Positions 18,477 through 26,719 of a stretch of DNA of 64,000 nucleotides are shown piece after piece. This DNA comes from a virus. The notes under the pieces are model-generated. The model was not told where the DNA came from and did not search any database. It saw only the letters and a program-made list of their open reading frames with translations. The position numbers and the translations under genes were made by a program. Positions within the stretch are counted from its first letter, which is position 1, and the number at the start of each line of letters is the position of its first letter. Location of the stretch: the IMG/VR virus record IMGVR_UViG_3300029374_000315, positions 17,327-81,326 of that record; one strand, written 5' to 3'.

Positions 18477-18518
18477 ATCTTGAAAGTTGTTTGTGTGAGC
18501 GGAAGGCGGTTATTCTTG

Positions 18519-18845
18519 ATGAGCGATAGAAAGGTTTTGAAAGTTATACGGGTTGATGATTTTTTAAAGTACATAAGAAAAAAGCGAGTGTGGGTCTGCT
18601 TTGTTTGTAATGGTGTGGATATTCACATGATCTGCAAAAAGATTGACGACATTGGCGTAGAGACGGGTGGGATTGTTAATGGCGTGGGGTTCTTCGGAAA
18701 TGAGAGTCACATCGAGTTGCGACAAAAATGCCATGAAGTAAGGAGAATTGAACTTAGGTCTGGCTGTGCAGAGAAAGCGTATGAGATGATCTTCGATAAT
18801 ACCAGTGTGTTCGTATCAGAGAATCCTGAGTTGTACGGGCACTAA
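18519..18845 (+). CDS. hypothetical Cys/His-containing protein
   Basis: ATG after GGAAGGCGG, downstream of the promoter; 108 aa. Confidence 0.45.
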   Translation: MSDRKVLKVIRVDDFLKYIRKKRVWVCFVCNGVDIHMICKKIDDIGVETGGIVNGVGFFGNESHIELRQKCHEVRRIELRSGCAEKAYEMIFDNTSVFVSENPELYGH

Positions 18846-18864
18846 AAATATTTTCAAAAACCTC

Positions 18865-18893
18865 TTGACTTCTGTAATTGTATCCTGTATAAT
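18865..18893 (+). promoter_or_regulatory. sigma70-type promoter TTGACT-N17-TATAAT overlapping a reverse-orientation copy of the conserved 20-bp motif
   Basis: Exact -35/-10 with 17-bp spacer; -10 lies inside GTATCCTGTATAATGTAGCT. Confidence 0.65.
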
Positions 18894-18936
18894 GTAGCTA
18901 TGGAACGGAGCTACATCATTGTAGAGGAGAATGACT

Positions 18937-19356
18937 ATGGATAACAATATTGACCCAAAGGTCGGAGAGGTTTGGTTGGTTGATCTATCCAATGCGACAG
19001 GTCATCAGCAGCGCGGCATTCGACCGTTCGTTGTGACAAGTAACAACAAGCGTAACCTCTTCAGCCCAACAATCAAGGGGAATCCGTTATCTTCAAGAAC
19101 GTATAAGCGTTCTCCGGTTCATGTTCTACTCTCAAAGGAAGACTGTGAGTTCCTAGAGGTTGATAGTATCGTTCTCTGCGAAGAGACTGATACACTTAAC
19201 AAAGGACAGTTCATCAAGAAACTTGGTGTCTTGTCGGAGTGTCAGATGAATATGATCGCAATGGCAAGATGCAAGGATGAACCGTTTTTGCTCGCAGCGT
19301 TCCTGAGTGGCGTACAACATACTATAGATTTTCAGAATTTTGCCGCATTTGCTTGA
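18937..19356 (+). CDS. PemK/MazF-family endoribonuclease toxin-like protein
   Basis: GEVWLVDLSNATGHQQRGIRPFVVTS...NLFSPT...VHVLL...LEVDSIVLCEETDTLNKG closely parallels Kid/PemK and EndoA; GAGGAGA RBS. Confidence 0.8.
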   Translation: MDNNIDPKVGEVWLVDLSNATGHQQRGIRPFVVTSNNKRNLFSPTIKGNPLSSRTYKRSPVHVLLSKEDCEFLEVDSIVLCEETDTLNKGQFIKKLGVLSECQMNMIAMARCKDEPFLLAAFLSGVQHTIDFQNFAAFA

Positions 19357-19407
19357 TTTGTTCTCAGGTTTAATGGTACACTACATAATAAGAAGGAGTG
19401 TGCCACT

Positions 19408-20334
19408 ATGCTTACTGAAGAAAAAATCAAAGCTTTTGCCGAAAAGTATTCTGATAGAAGCGGTGAGTTTGTTATATCGACACTGCGTCACGTTATGGAC
19501 TATGAGGCTGAACATGGGTATGAGTTGTTTGACTTTACAAAAGATGATTTTGTAAAGATGTTTGCTAAATACAATTGGGTGAACTCAAGTCGGTCGTTCA
19601 GAAATGTAAAGTCGATAATTACAGGGTACATCAAAAGTGAGGATCGAGCGAGCATGTATGACTTAGCTGAATTCTCGGAAAGCGATGTGAGTTCAGACAA
19701 TATGTACGAGGACAAGTATTTTGCGTCAGTTGATGAGTTTGTTGATTTCTTGGATAAGTATGAAGAACCATATCAGATTCGTATGAATGTGATTGCTGCG
19801 CTGTACTGGATTGGCCTTACTTCTGAAGAAGTTTCTAATCTGACGATTAACGATGTTGACTTTGAATCACGTACTGTTTTGAATAAGACCGGTGTTGACG
19901 CGAGATTGATGAATATCATCAAGCAGTGTTATGAAATGAAACAATACGATGCTCCAAATATGGGTGGATACAGAACGTTTTATGTCATAAATGGTGATTA
20001 CATCCTTCGCAAAACAGAGGATAGAACTGGTGCAGACAGTGATTCAAGAATGTCTACAAACACAATTCATAGTTATTTCACGCGCTTGAATGATATTCTC
20101 GAAAGAAGATATCATTCAAAGGCTTTAGATCGAAGACATCTGACCAGAAACGGCGAGTATGTCAAGGTTTATAACTACTGTAAAACTCATCCAGAATTTA
20201 ATCTTGCAGAACTTAGTTTCGGAAATGGTAAAGATCCTCTTGCGGACATTATCGGAAGAAAGTGCAGCAAGGTTGCCTACATTAGTTTCCGGCAAGGATA
20301 CAAGGGCTGGATCGAATACTTCCACAAAAATTAA
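19408..20334 (+). CDS. hypothetical protein, possibly a divergent/inactive tyrosine-recombinase-like fold
   Basis: LTINDVDFESRTVLNKTGVDARLMNII resembles the start of integrase catalytic domains; RHRY tetrad not recoverable. Confidence 0.3.
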   Translation: MLTEEKIKAFAEKYSDRSGEFVISTLRHVMDYEAEHGYELFDFTKDDFVKMFAKYNWVNSSRSFRNVKSIITGYIKSEDRASMYDLAEFSESDVSSDNMYEDKYFASVDEFVDFLDKYEEPYQIRMNVIAALYWIGLTSEEVSNLTINDVDFESRTVLNKTGVDARLMNIIKQCYEMKQYDAPNMGGYRTFYVINGDYILRKTEDRTGADSDSRMSTNTIHSYFTRLNDILERRYHSKALDRRHLTRNGEYVKVYNYCKTHPEFNLAELSFGNGKDPLADIIGRKCSKVAYISFRQGYKGWIEYFHKN

Positions 20335-20339
20335 AAACA

Positions 20340-20362
20340 GGGGGCTTCGGCCCCTTGATTTT
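20340..20362 (+). terminator. rho-independent terminator (GGGGC-TTCG-GCCCC + T-run)
   Basis: 5-6 bp GC stem, UUCG tetraloop, then TTGATTTT. Confidence 0.7.
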
Positions 20363-20422
20363 AACATTGTAACTATATAACACAGGATACATAAAATACT
20401 ATTTGAATGGAGAATGATAACA

Positions 20423-22492
20423 ATGTCTGATTTCAAGAAATTTCGTGCACTGCTGCAAGACCACTTCAATGAGATGGTGAAGGGCGAAAACCCTCTGTTT
20501 ATCACCGATGCAGACGAGGATGAACTGTACAATCTGTATCTCGACAGCTTCCCGGCTGGCACGAATGAGTTGTTCCGTAAACGGCGCGAGTATGACTGTT
20601 CCTGCTGCCGCCGTTTCGTGAAGAATATCGGCAAGCTAGTAGCGTTTGATGATGGAAAAATGATTACTGTGTGGGATTTTGATGCAAAGTCTGTCAAGTA
20701 TCAGCCTGTTGTGGACGCCCTGGATGCTTATGTGAAGAGCCGCACTATTGTGAATCCGTACTTTGTCAGTCGCAATATGATTGGTTCTGGCGATATGTTC
20801 GGCACCGAGATGAACTACGAGTACGATGAAAATCACAAGGATGTGCATACTTGGGACCATTTCGCAGTCAAGATTCCGCAGCGTTTCATTGTGCGGCCTG
20901 ATGACGTTGCTACCAAGATGGCTCAGTGGCGTGATTCCGCAAACGTATATAAGCGTTCTCTGGAAGAACTGACCATGGATGCTGTTGATACTGTTCTGGA
21001 GCTGATTGCACAGAATAGTCTGTATCGTGGTAAGGAATTTGAAAACGTCGTCAAGGTATTCAAGACTAACAAAATCGAATACGACAATACTCCGACTGAG
21101 AACAAGGCCGCATATGTTTGGTTGGCACCGGCGTGGAGCGATATAGGACAGCTTCGTATCCGTAACACCGCTATCGGTACTTTGCTGGTAAATCTGAGTG
21201 AGGGTATGAACGTGGATGCAGCCGTTACTGCTTTCGAGAAAGTTGTTGCTCCTGCAAACTATAAGCGTCCCAAGGCGATTTTTACCAAGAAGATGTTGGA
21301 AGATGCAAAGAAGACTGTCACCGAACTTGGCTATATGAGCAGTCTGGGTCGTCGGTTCGCCACTCTGGATGATGTTACTATCAACAACATCATGTTCTGC
21401 AACCGTGATGCTGCCCCTCGTGTGATGGGCGCTGTGAATCCGTTTGAGGCAATGGCTAAGACTGTTGCGATTGATCCGAAGAAGTTTGGCCGTGCAGAAG
21501 AAATCGGTATCGATAAATTCATCAGGGATGTTCTTCCGACTGCGACTGGCTTAGAACTGTTCATGGAGAATCGTTTTGAGAAGAATATGATGTCTTTGAT
21601 TGCACCGCAGGATAAGAGTGCGCCGAGCATGTTCAAGTGGCCTAATGGTTTCAGTTGGGCGTATACAGGTAATATGGCAGACAGCGATATTCGCGAAAAC
21701 GTTAAGGCTGCTGGCGGCAAGATGGATGGTGTGTTGCGTTTCTCGATCCAGTGGAACGATGTGTCGGGTGAATGGGATGAAAACGATGAGGATGCTCATT
21801 GCATTGAACCTGATAAGAATCATATCTATTATGGCGATAAGTGGAATCCTCGTACTGATGGCCGCCTAGATGTTGATATCCGTTGTCCTAATCAGGGGAA
21901 AGCTGCGGTCGAGAATATCACCTGGCCTGACATCAAAAAGATGAAGGAGGGCGAGTACAGCTTCTATGTAAACTGCTACGCTAATCGTGGTGGTAAAACT
22001 GGTTTCCGTGCTGAAATCGAATTTGATGGCAACATCTACTCGTTTAACTATGATAAGCCGCTGCATCAGGGTCAGAATGTCGCCGTGGCAAAAGTCACGC
22101 TGAAGGATGGCAAATTCTCTATCAAGGAGCTGCTGCCCAGTTCTACTAGCACCCGCGAGATCTGGGGTGTAAATTCCAATCAGTTCGTGCCTGTGTCTGT
22201 TGTGATGTACTCTCCGAACTACTGGGATGAACAGACTGGTAATGGCAACCGTCACTACTTCTTCATGCTCAAGGATTGTGTTAACCCTGAAAAGCCCAAT
22301 GGCTTCTACAATGAATTCCTGAAGGCGGAACTGTTACAGCATAAGCGAGTATTTGAGGCTCTTGGTTCTCAGATGGCAGTTCAGTCGGTAGATGACCAGC
22401 TGTCCGGCGTTGGGTTCTCTGAGACGAAACATGATTCCTTTGTTGTCAAGGTTCAGGGCGCTACTGAGCGGGTTCTGAAAGTTGTTATTTAA
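20423..22492 (+). CDS. large hypothetical protein (690 aa)
   Basis: Long uninterrupted ORF; preferred ATG 9 nt after GGAGA; no recognisable catalytic motif. Confidence 0.6.
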   Translation: MSDFKKFRALLQDHFNEMVKGENPLFITDADEDELYNLYLDSFPAGTNELFRKRREYDCSCCRRFVKNIGKLVAFDDGKMITVWDFDAKSVKYQPVVDALDAYVKSRTIVNPYFVSRNMIGSGDMFGTEMNYEYDENHKDVHTWDHFAVKIPQRFIVRPDDVATKMAQWRDSANVYKRSLEELTMDAVDTVLELIAQNSLYRGKEFENVVKVFKTNKIEYDNTPTENKAAYVWLAPAWSDIGQLRIRNTAIGTLLVNLSEGMNVDAAVTAFEKVVAPANYKRPKAIFTKKMLEDAKKTVTELGYMSSLGRRFATLDDVTINNIMFCNRDAAPRVMGAVNPFEAMAKTVAIDPKKFGRAEEIGIDKFIRDVLPTATGLELFMENRFEKNMMSLIAPQDKSAPSMFKWPNGFSWAYTGNMADSDIRENVKAAGGKMDGVLRFSIQWNDVSGEWDENDEDAHCIEPDKNHIYYGDKWNPRTDGRLDVDIRCPNQGKAAVENITWPDIKKMKEGEYSFYVNCYANRGGKTGFRAEIEFDGNIYSFNYDKPLHQGQNVAVAKVTLKDGKFSIKELLPSSTSTREIWGVNSNQFVPVSVVMYSPNYWDEQTGNGNRHYFFMLKDCVNPEKPNGFYNEFLKAELLQHKRVFEALGSQMAVQSVDDQLSGVGFSETKHDSFVVKVQGATERVLKVVI

Positions 22493-22506
22493 GAGGAGAA
22501 ATTATT

Positions 22507-22890
22507 ATGGAAAAGAATCTGTTTGAAATTGCAACCCGTAATCGCTATCGCTTCAACTATAAGGGTATTATGACTGTTGAAGATCTGTGGGATCTGAGTG
22601 TCGAGGCACTAGATGCGATTTTTAAGACCCTGAATCGTCAGAAGAAGACCGCAGACGAAGACTCCTTGCTGGCTGTTAAGAGTGCCGAAGATACCGAACT
22701 GGCAAACAAGATTGAGCTGGTCAAGTATATCGTGTCTGTCAAGCTGGCTGAATCTGAGGCTCGTGTGGATGCAGCCGAGAAGAAGGCGCAGCGCGATAAG
22801 ATTATGAAGATTGTGGCAAAGAAGAAGGACAAGGAGCTGGAAGATATGGACGTAGACCAGCTGATGAAGAAGCTGGAAGAGTTGAACTAA
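22507..22890 (+). CDS. hypothetical coiled-coil protein
   Basis: 127 aa, K/E-rich helical; GAGGAGAAA RBS. Confidence 0.5.
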   Translation: MEKNLFEIATRNRYRFNYKGIMTVEDLWDLSVEALDAIFKTLNRQKKTADEDSLLAVKSAEDTELANKIELVKYIVSVKLAESEARVDAAEKKAQRDKIMKIVAKKKDKELEDMDVDQLMKKLEELN

Positions 22891-23000
22891 AATAGACATT
22901 TTATCGTGATTTTCGTTAGAATAATTAACGAAGTATCGTGATGTTTCTTCCTCCAAAAATGCTCTGCGCAGGGCTGACAGCCGGGAAAGACCGGCAATAT

Positions 23001-23085
23001 GGGGATATGGTGAAATTGGCAGCCACGCTTGATTCAAACTCAAGTGTCGAAAGACGTATCGGTTCAAATCCGATTATCCCTACCA
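23001..23085 (+). tRNA. tRNA-Leu (anticodon CAA)
   Basis: Cloverleaf drawn by hand: acceptor GGGGATA/TATCCCT, anticodon stem CTTGA/TCAAG with loop TTCAAAC, long variable arm, T-loop TTCAAAT, CCA encoded. Confidence 0.8.
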
Positions 23086-23282
23086 TGAAGATCAGTTGTT
23101 CTAGCTAGATCGGGGATTGGCCGTTCATTGGCAAACGACAAGCATCACACCGGTAAATGATGCCGAGCCCAATAGGAAGGGGAATAAGGTGCAAGCCGAG
23201 TAGCTGTCGGACGAATACCCTTCAGGTAGCCAGTAAACCGGAATGTAAAACAAATGTTGGCTGTTTCTGATCTTCTATATAA

Positions 23283-23365
23283 GCTACCGTGGTGGAATGG
23301 CAGACACCGGAGACTTAAAATCTCCTGTCGGAAACGACGTGCCCGTTCAAGTCGGGTCGGTAGCA
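23283..23365 (+). tRNA. tRNA-Leu (anticodon TAA)
   Basis: Acceptor GCTACCG/CGGTAGC, anticodon stem GGAGA/TCTCC with loop CTTAAAA, long variable arm, T-loop TTCAAGT. Confidence 0.8.
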
Positions 23366-23372
23366 TTGATAT

Positions 23373-23448
23373 CCGGGTGTAGCTCAGTTGGAAGAGCGCG
23401 TGCTTTGGGAGCATGAGGCCGCAGGATCGTGACCTGTCACTCGGACCA
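23373..23448 (+). tRNA. tRNA-Pro (anticodon TGG), atypical T-loop
   Basis: Acceptor CCGGGTG/CACTCGG, D-arm GCTCAGTTGGAAGAGC, anticodon loop TTTGGGA, CCA encoded; T-loop reads ATCGTGA (non-canonical). Confidence 0.55.
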
Positions 23449-23536
23449 GCCCGAAAGGGCATGTAGAATTTTTCATTCACATTATTCCCAGCTCTCTGGA
23501 AACGGAGCAGTGTGACGTAGTAAGCTGGGTATATGA

Positions 23537-23607
23537 TGCGCCATCGCCAAGCGGTAAGGCAGAGGACTTTGACTCCTCCATCACAGGTTCAACCCCTGTT
23601 GGCGCAA
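23537..23607 (+). tRNA. tRNA-Gln (anticodon TTG)
   Basis: Acceptor TGCGCCA/TGGCGCA (U1:A72, as in bacterial tRNA-Gln), anticodon loop CTTTGAC, T-arm ACAGG-TTCAACC-CCTGT. Confidence 0.75.
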
Positions 23608-23612
23608 TTTAT

Positions 23613-23694
23613 GCGGATATGGTGGAATGGCAGACACGCCAGACTTAGGATCTGGTGCTTCGGCGTGTGGGTTCGATGCCCACTATCCGCACCA
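23613..23694 (+). tRNA. tRNA-Leu (anticodon TAG)
   Basis: Acceptor GCGGATA/TATCCGC, anticodon stem CCAGA/TCTGG with loop CTTAGGA, long variable arm, T-loop TTCGATG, CCA encoded. Confidence 0.8.
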
Positions 23695-23801
23695 CGATCA
23701 TAGAATGGTTGCGTACCGTTTTGTTGATCTCCTTTGACTGCCACTATTATTCCCAGCTCGCCAGTGATGGTGCAGTAGTGCTTTGTAAGCTGGGTGATTA
23801 T

Positions 23802-23876
23802 GCAGCGGTCGTACAATGGTTAGTATATCAGCCTTCCAAGCTGAGGATGAGGTTTCGACTACCTTTCGCTGCTCCA
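23802..23876 (+). tRNA. tRNA-Gly (anticodon TCC)
   Basis: Acceptor GCAGCGG/TCGCTGC, anticodon stem TCAGC/GCTGA with loop CTTCCAA, T-arm GAGGT-TTCGACT-ACCTT, CCA encoded. Confidence 0.7.
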
Positions 23877-24063
23877 ATCTCGTATGGGTAGGATTTTTAG
23901 CGGTCAAATCCGGCTGCGCCTGTGCGAGATACCACCCCGAAAGGGGCGAGATATAGGAAATGTGCATCACTGTTATTCCTTCCTCGTCTATATGATATAG
24001 ATGCAATAGTGTTTATAAGGAAGGTTCCCAGTTGAATAGTTGCAGCTGTTTGACTGGTAATAT

Positions 24064-24140
24064 GGGATAGTAGCTCAGTTGGTCAGAGCTGGCGGCTCAT
24101 AACCGCTTGGTCGCGAGTTCAAATCTTGCCTGTCCCACCA
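24064..24140 (+). tRNA. tRNA-Met/Ile2 (anticodon CAT), elongator-type
   Basis: Acceptor GGGATAG/CTGTCCC, D-arm GCTCAGTTGGTCAGAGC, anticodon loop CTCATAA, T-loop TTCAAAT, CCA encoded. Confidence 0.8.
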
Positions 24141-24282
24141 GCCCAATAGGGTATACATAAAATCTGCTAGAATTTTTGTTTTATAAGCGATGAAATAATA
24201 TGACGTTGATACGTCTATTATTTTTTTGCTCATTTTCGGAGATTTAGCTATGTAACACAGGATACTAAAAGGAGGTGGTTTG

Positions 24283-25822
24283 GTGAAACATTATGGAAGT
24301 ATTTGCGAGATTGATGGTTCTAAGATTGAGCCTGTCTCGTGTATCACTGGTGGTTCACCTTGTTAGCCAAGACCTTTCTATTGCCGGTAAGCGGGCAGGT
24401 TTGGCTGGAGAACGGTCTGGTCTATTTATGGAAATGATTCGTGTGATAAAGGAAATGAGGGATGCCACCAATGGAGAATGTCCAAAATTTGCAATCTGGG
24501 AAAATGTTAGAGGAGCACTTTCCTCAAACAACGGAGAAGACTTCCGATGCGTCTTGGAAGAATTTGCACACATCGTCGAAGCAGACGCTACAATTCCTAA
24601 ACCTTCGGGAAAAGGCGGAAAATGGTCTAAATCCGGCGCAATTTCCGGTAATGGATGGTCTTTGGCATGGAGACTCTTCGATGCTCAATATTGGGGAGTG
24701 CCCCAACGTCGTCAAAGAATCGCGCTTGTCATGGATTTTAGAGGACAACGTGCCGCAGAAATACTATTTGAGCGCACGGGCGTGCAATGGAATCCTGACG
24801 AGAGCATCCCGACGTGGCAAAGCTTTGCCAGAATTACTGAAGAATGCACTGCTAAAGATGATCGAGTGGTGGGAGAAAAAAGCTTTTGTATTGTCGGAAA
24901 CATGATTGACAGAGAAACCAACATGAACGGGACTGGTGTAAAAGAAGATACTGCTTTTACTATAAACACTATTGACCGTAATGCTGTTGCCTACACTTTA
25001 AAGATTCGTTCAGGATGCGAAGGTGGTGGCAAAGGCGCACTGGTACAGACCGAGAAGAGTGCAACGCTTTCTACATTGCAAGATCAAACGCTAATCTGCT
25101 TGGCAGACAACACCTCTTTACATAATTTAAAACAAAAGATTTGTGTCTTGAATGATCAGGGCGGTAGTGTAATGAATGTTTCTTACGATATTGTAGGAAC
25201 AATAAGAGCACAAGAGCATGGTCATCAACCAATTGTATTTGAGAGCCATAGTCAAGATGCTCGATACACCCAGCAAGGTAATACAAGTCCGGCTTGTACG
25301 GCTCAATGGGGAACTGGTGGCAATAATATGCCGCTTGTTGCCGAAAAGAAAGCCTTTGCAATGCAACGCATTGGTGAATACAAGGAAAGTGAACAAGCTA
25401 GTACGATGAAATCTCGTGACTACAAGGATGCTACTGACTTGATTGCAGAGAAGGAAACGAAGAATCTGCAATGGATTGTTCGTCGCCTGACTCCTGTTGA
25501 GTGTGAACGGTTACAGGGTTTTCCTGATGGATGGACCGATATTGGCGAGTGGTTTGATGAGAATGGTAAAAAGCACAAACCTGCCGATTCTCCTCGTTAC
25601 AAAGCACTCGGTAATTCAATCGCTTTGCCTCAGTGGTATTGGATTTTCCAGAAAATGAAACCGTATATCGGTGAAAATCCTACGCTTGGCAGTCTTTTCG
25701 ATGGAATTGGTGGCTTTCCGCTTGTCTTTGAAAGTATGTATGGTGATGGTACTGCTATCTGGGGATCAGAGATTGAACCGTTCTGCGTTGCAGTAACGAA
25801 GAAGCATTTCCCAGAAGACTAA
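24283..25822 (+). CDS. DNA (cytosine-5)-methyltransferase, circularly permuted; N-terminal catalytic segment in a different frame (frameshift/pseudogene or recoding)
   Basis: Frame A (GTG 24283) encodes ...EIDGSKIEPVSCITGGSPC then TAG at 24364. Frame B (24293..25822) continues QDLSIAGKRAG (motif IV), ENV (VI), QRRQR (VIII), RLTPVECERLQGFPDGW (IX), KALGNSIA (X), and at the C-terminus LFDGIGG (I) and SEIEPF...HFPED (II/III). Confidence 0.8.
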
Positions 25823-25859
25823 ATCTCATAAAAGGCTAATTCAAATAAGAGGTGACACG

Positions 25860-26066
25860 ATGAACAGCAAAATTTCTATCAATGCAACCATCGGCCCCGG
25901 TTCTTTGAGTATTCCGGCAAGTCCTATCTTCCAAAAGGAAAAGAATACATATCTTTGTCCGTTTTGTGTGACGAAGCTGGAGAAGTCCGAGCGTGAATGT
26001 TCTGATTGTCATCGCAAGATGGATTGGAGTAGGTTCACTGAAAAGAAGGAGGAGGTGTTCACTTGA
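25860..26066 (+). CDS. zinc-ribbon protein
   Basis: CPFC...CSDCH. Confidence 0.5.
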   Translation: MNSKISINATIGPGSLSIPASPIFQKEKNTYLCPFCVTKLEKSERECSDCHRKMDWSRFTEKKEEVFT

Positions 26067-26341
26067 ATATAGATTTCTTCCGACGGCGCAAGACTCAGCT
26101 TGAAGATACGCTTCTTTTGAAAAATCAGGCCGTCGATATGCTTGATTATCTAAAGACGCACTGCATCAACAATGACCAGTATTGTGCCATTCGAGATTAC
26201 ATTGAAGAAGCTGCGAAGATCCTGGAGAGCGACCTCGAATACGCAAATAATAAGCTACAATCCGCATTCAAACCTAAGTATGGCCGGAACAACAGATTGA
26301 CTCGTGCTCAATCTAAGATGTTCCGTGATAGAGAATATTAA
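26063..26341 (+). CDS. hypothetical protein
   Basis: 92 aa; overlaps upstream stop. Confidence 0.5.
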   Translation: MNIDFFRRRKTQLEDTLLLKNQAVDMLDYLKTHCINNDQYCAIRDYIEEAAKILESDLEYANNKLQSAFKPKYGRNNRLTRAQSKMFRDREY

Positions 26342-26358
26342 AAATGGGGTGATGCCGT

Positions 26359-26571
26359 ATGAACACATGTAAGAAAATATGTAACTGGTGTGGTCGTGAA
26401 ATCAAGCCGATAGGTAGCGAGCAGGGAATCAGTTTTGAGCATCAATACTCTTATGGTAGCCAACTTGATGGTTCGCTTTTGAGTTTTGATTTGTGTCCTG
26501 AGTGTTCAGAACGGTTCCCAGTAGTGCTCGGCGCAATGTTTATACATAATCCATTAAAGGACGATTTCTAA
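26359..26571 (+). CDS. zinc-ribbon protein
   Basis: CNWCGRE...CPEC. Confidence 0.5.
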   Translation: MNTCKKICNWCGREIKPIGSEQGISFEHQYSYGSQLDGSLLSFDLCPECSERFPVVLGAMFIHNPLKDDF

Positions 26572-26719
26572 CGGCGGGTGCTGTATGAAATATAAGCCAT
26601 CAATAAACCAGACGGAGGATAACACATAAAATGAATAGTGCGTAAATTGATTTGAGACAGTGAAACAGGAAACATAAGTGATTACCAATAAAACAAAATT
26701 ACATAAAAGGAGACTTAAT

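Noticed and set aside
23877-23940. Possible eighth tRNA between tRNA-Gly and tRNA-Met
   Set aside because: Only a T-arm-like hairpin and an enclosing 6-bp stem could be drawn; no acceptor or anticodon arms. Treated as remnant or processing structure.
24340-24372. prfB-style programmed +1 frameshift at the methyltransferase TAG
   Set aside because: The upstream SD-like GGTGGT is 6 nt from the slip codon and the codon context (TGT TAG C) does not match known slippery sites. Indel/pseudogene or sequencing error is at least as likely. Reported as unresolved.
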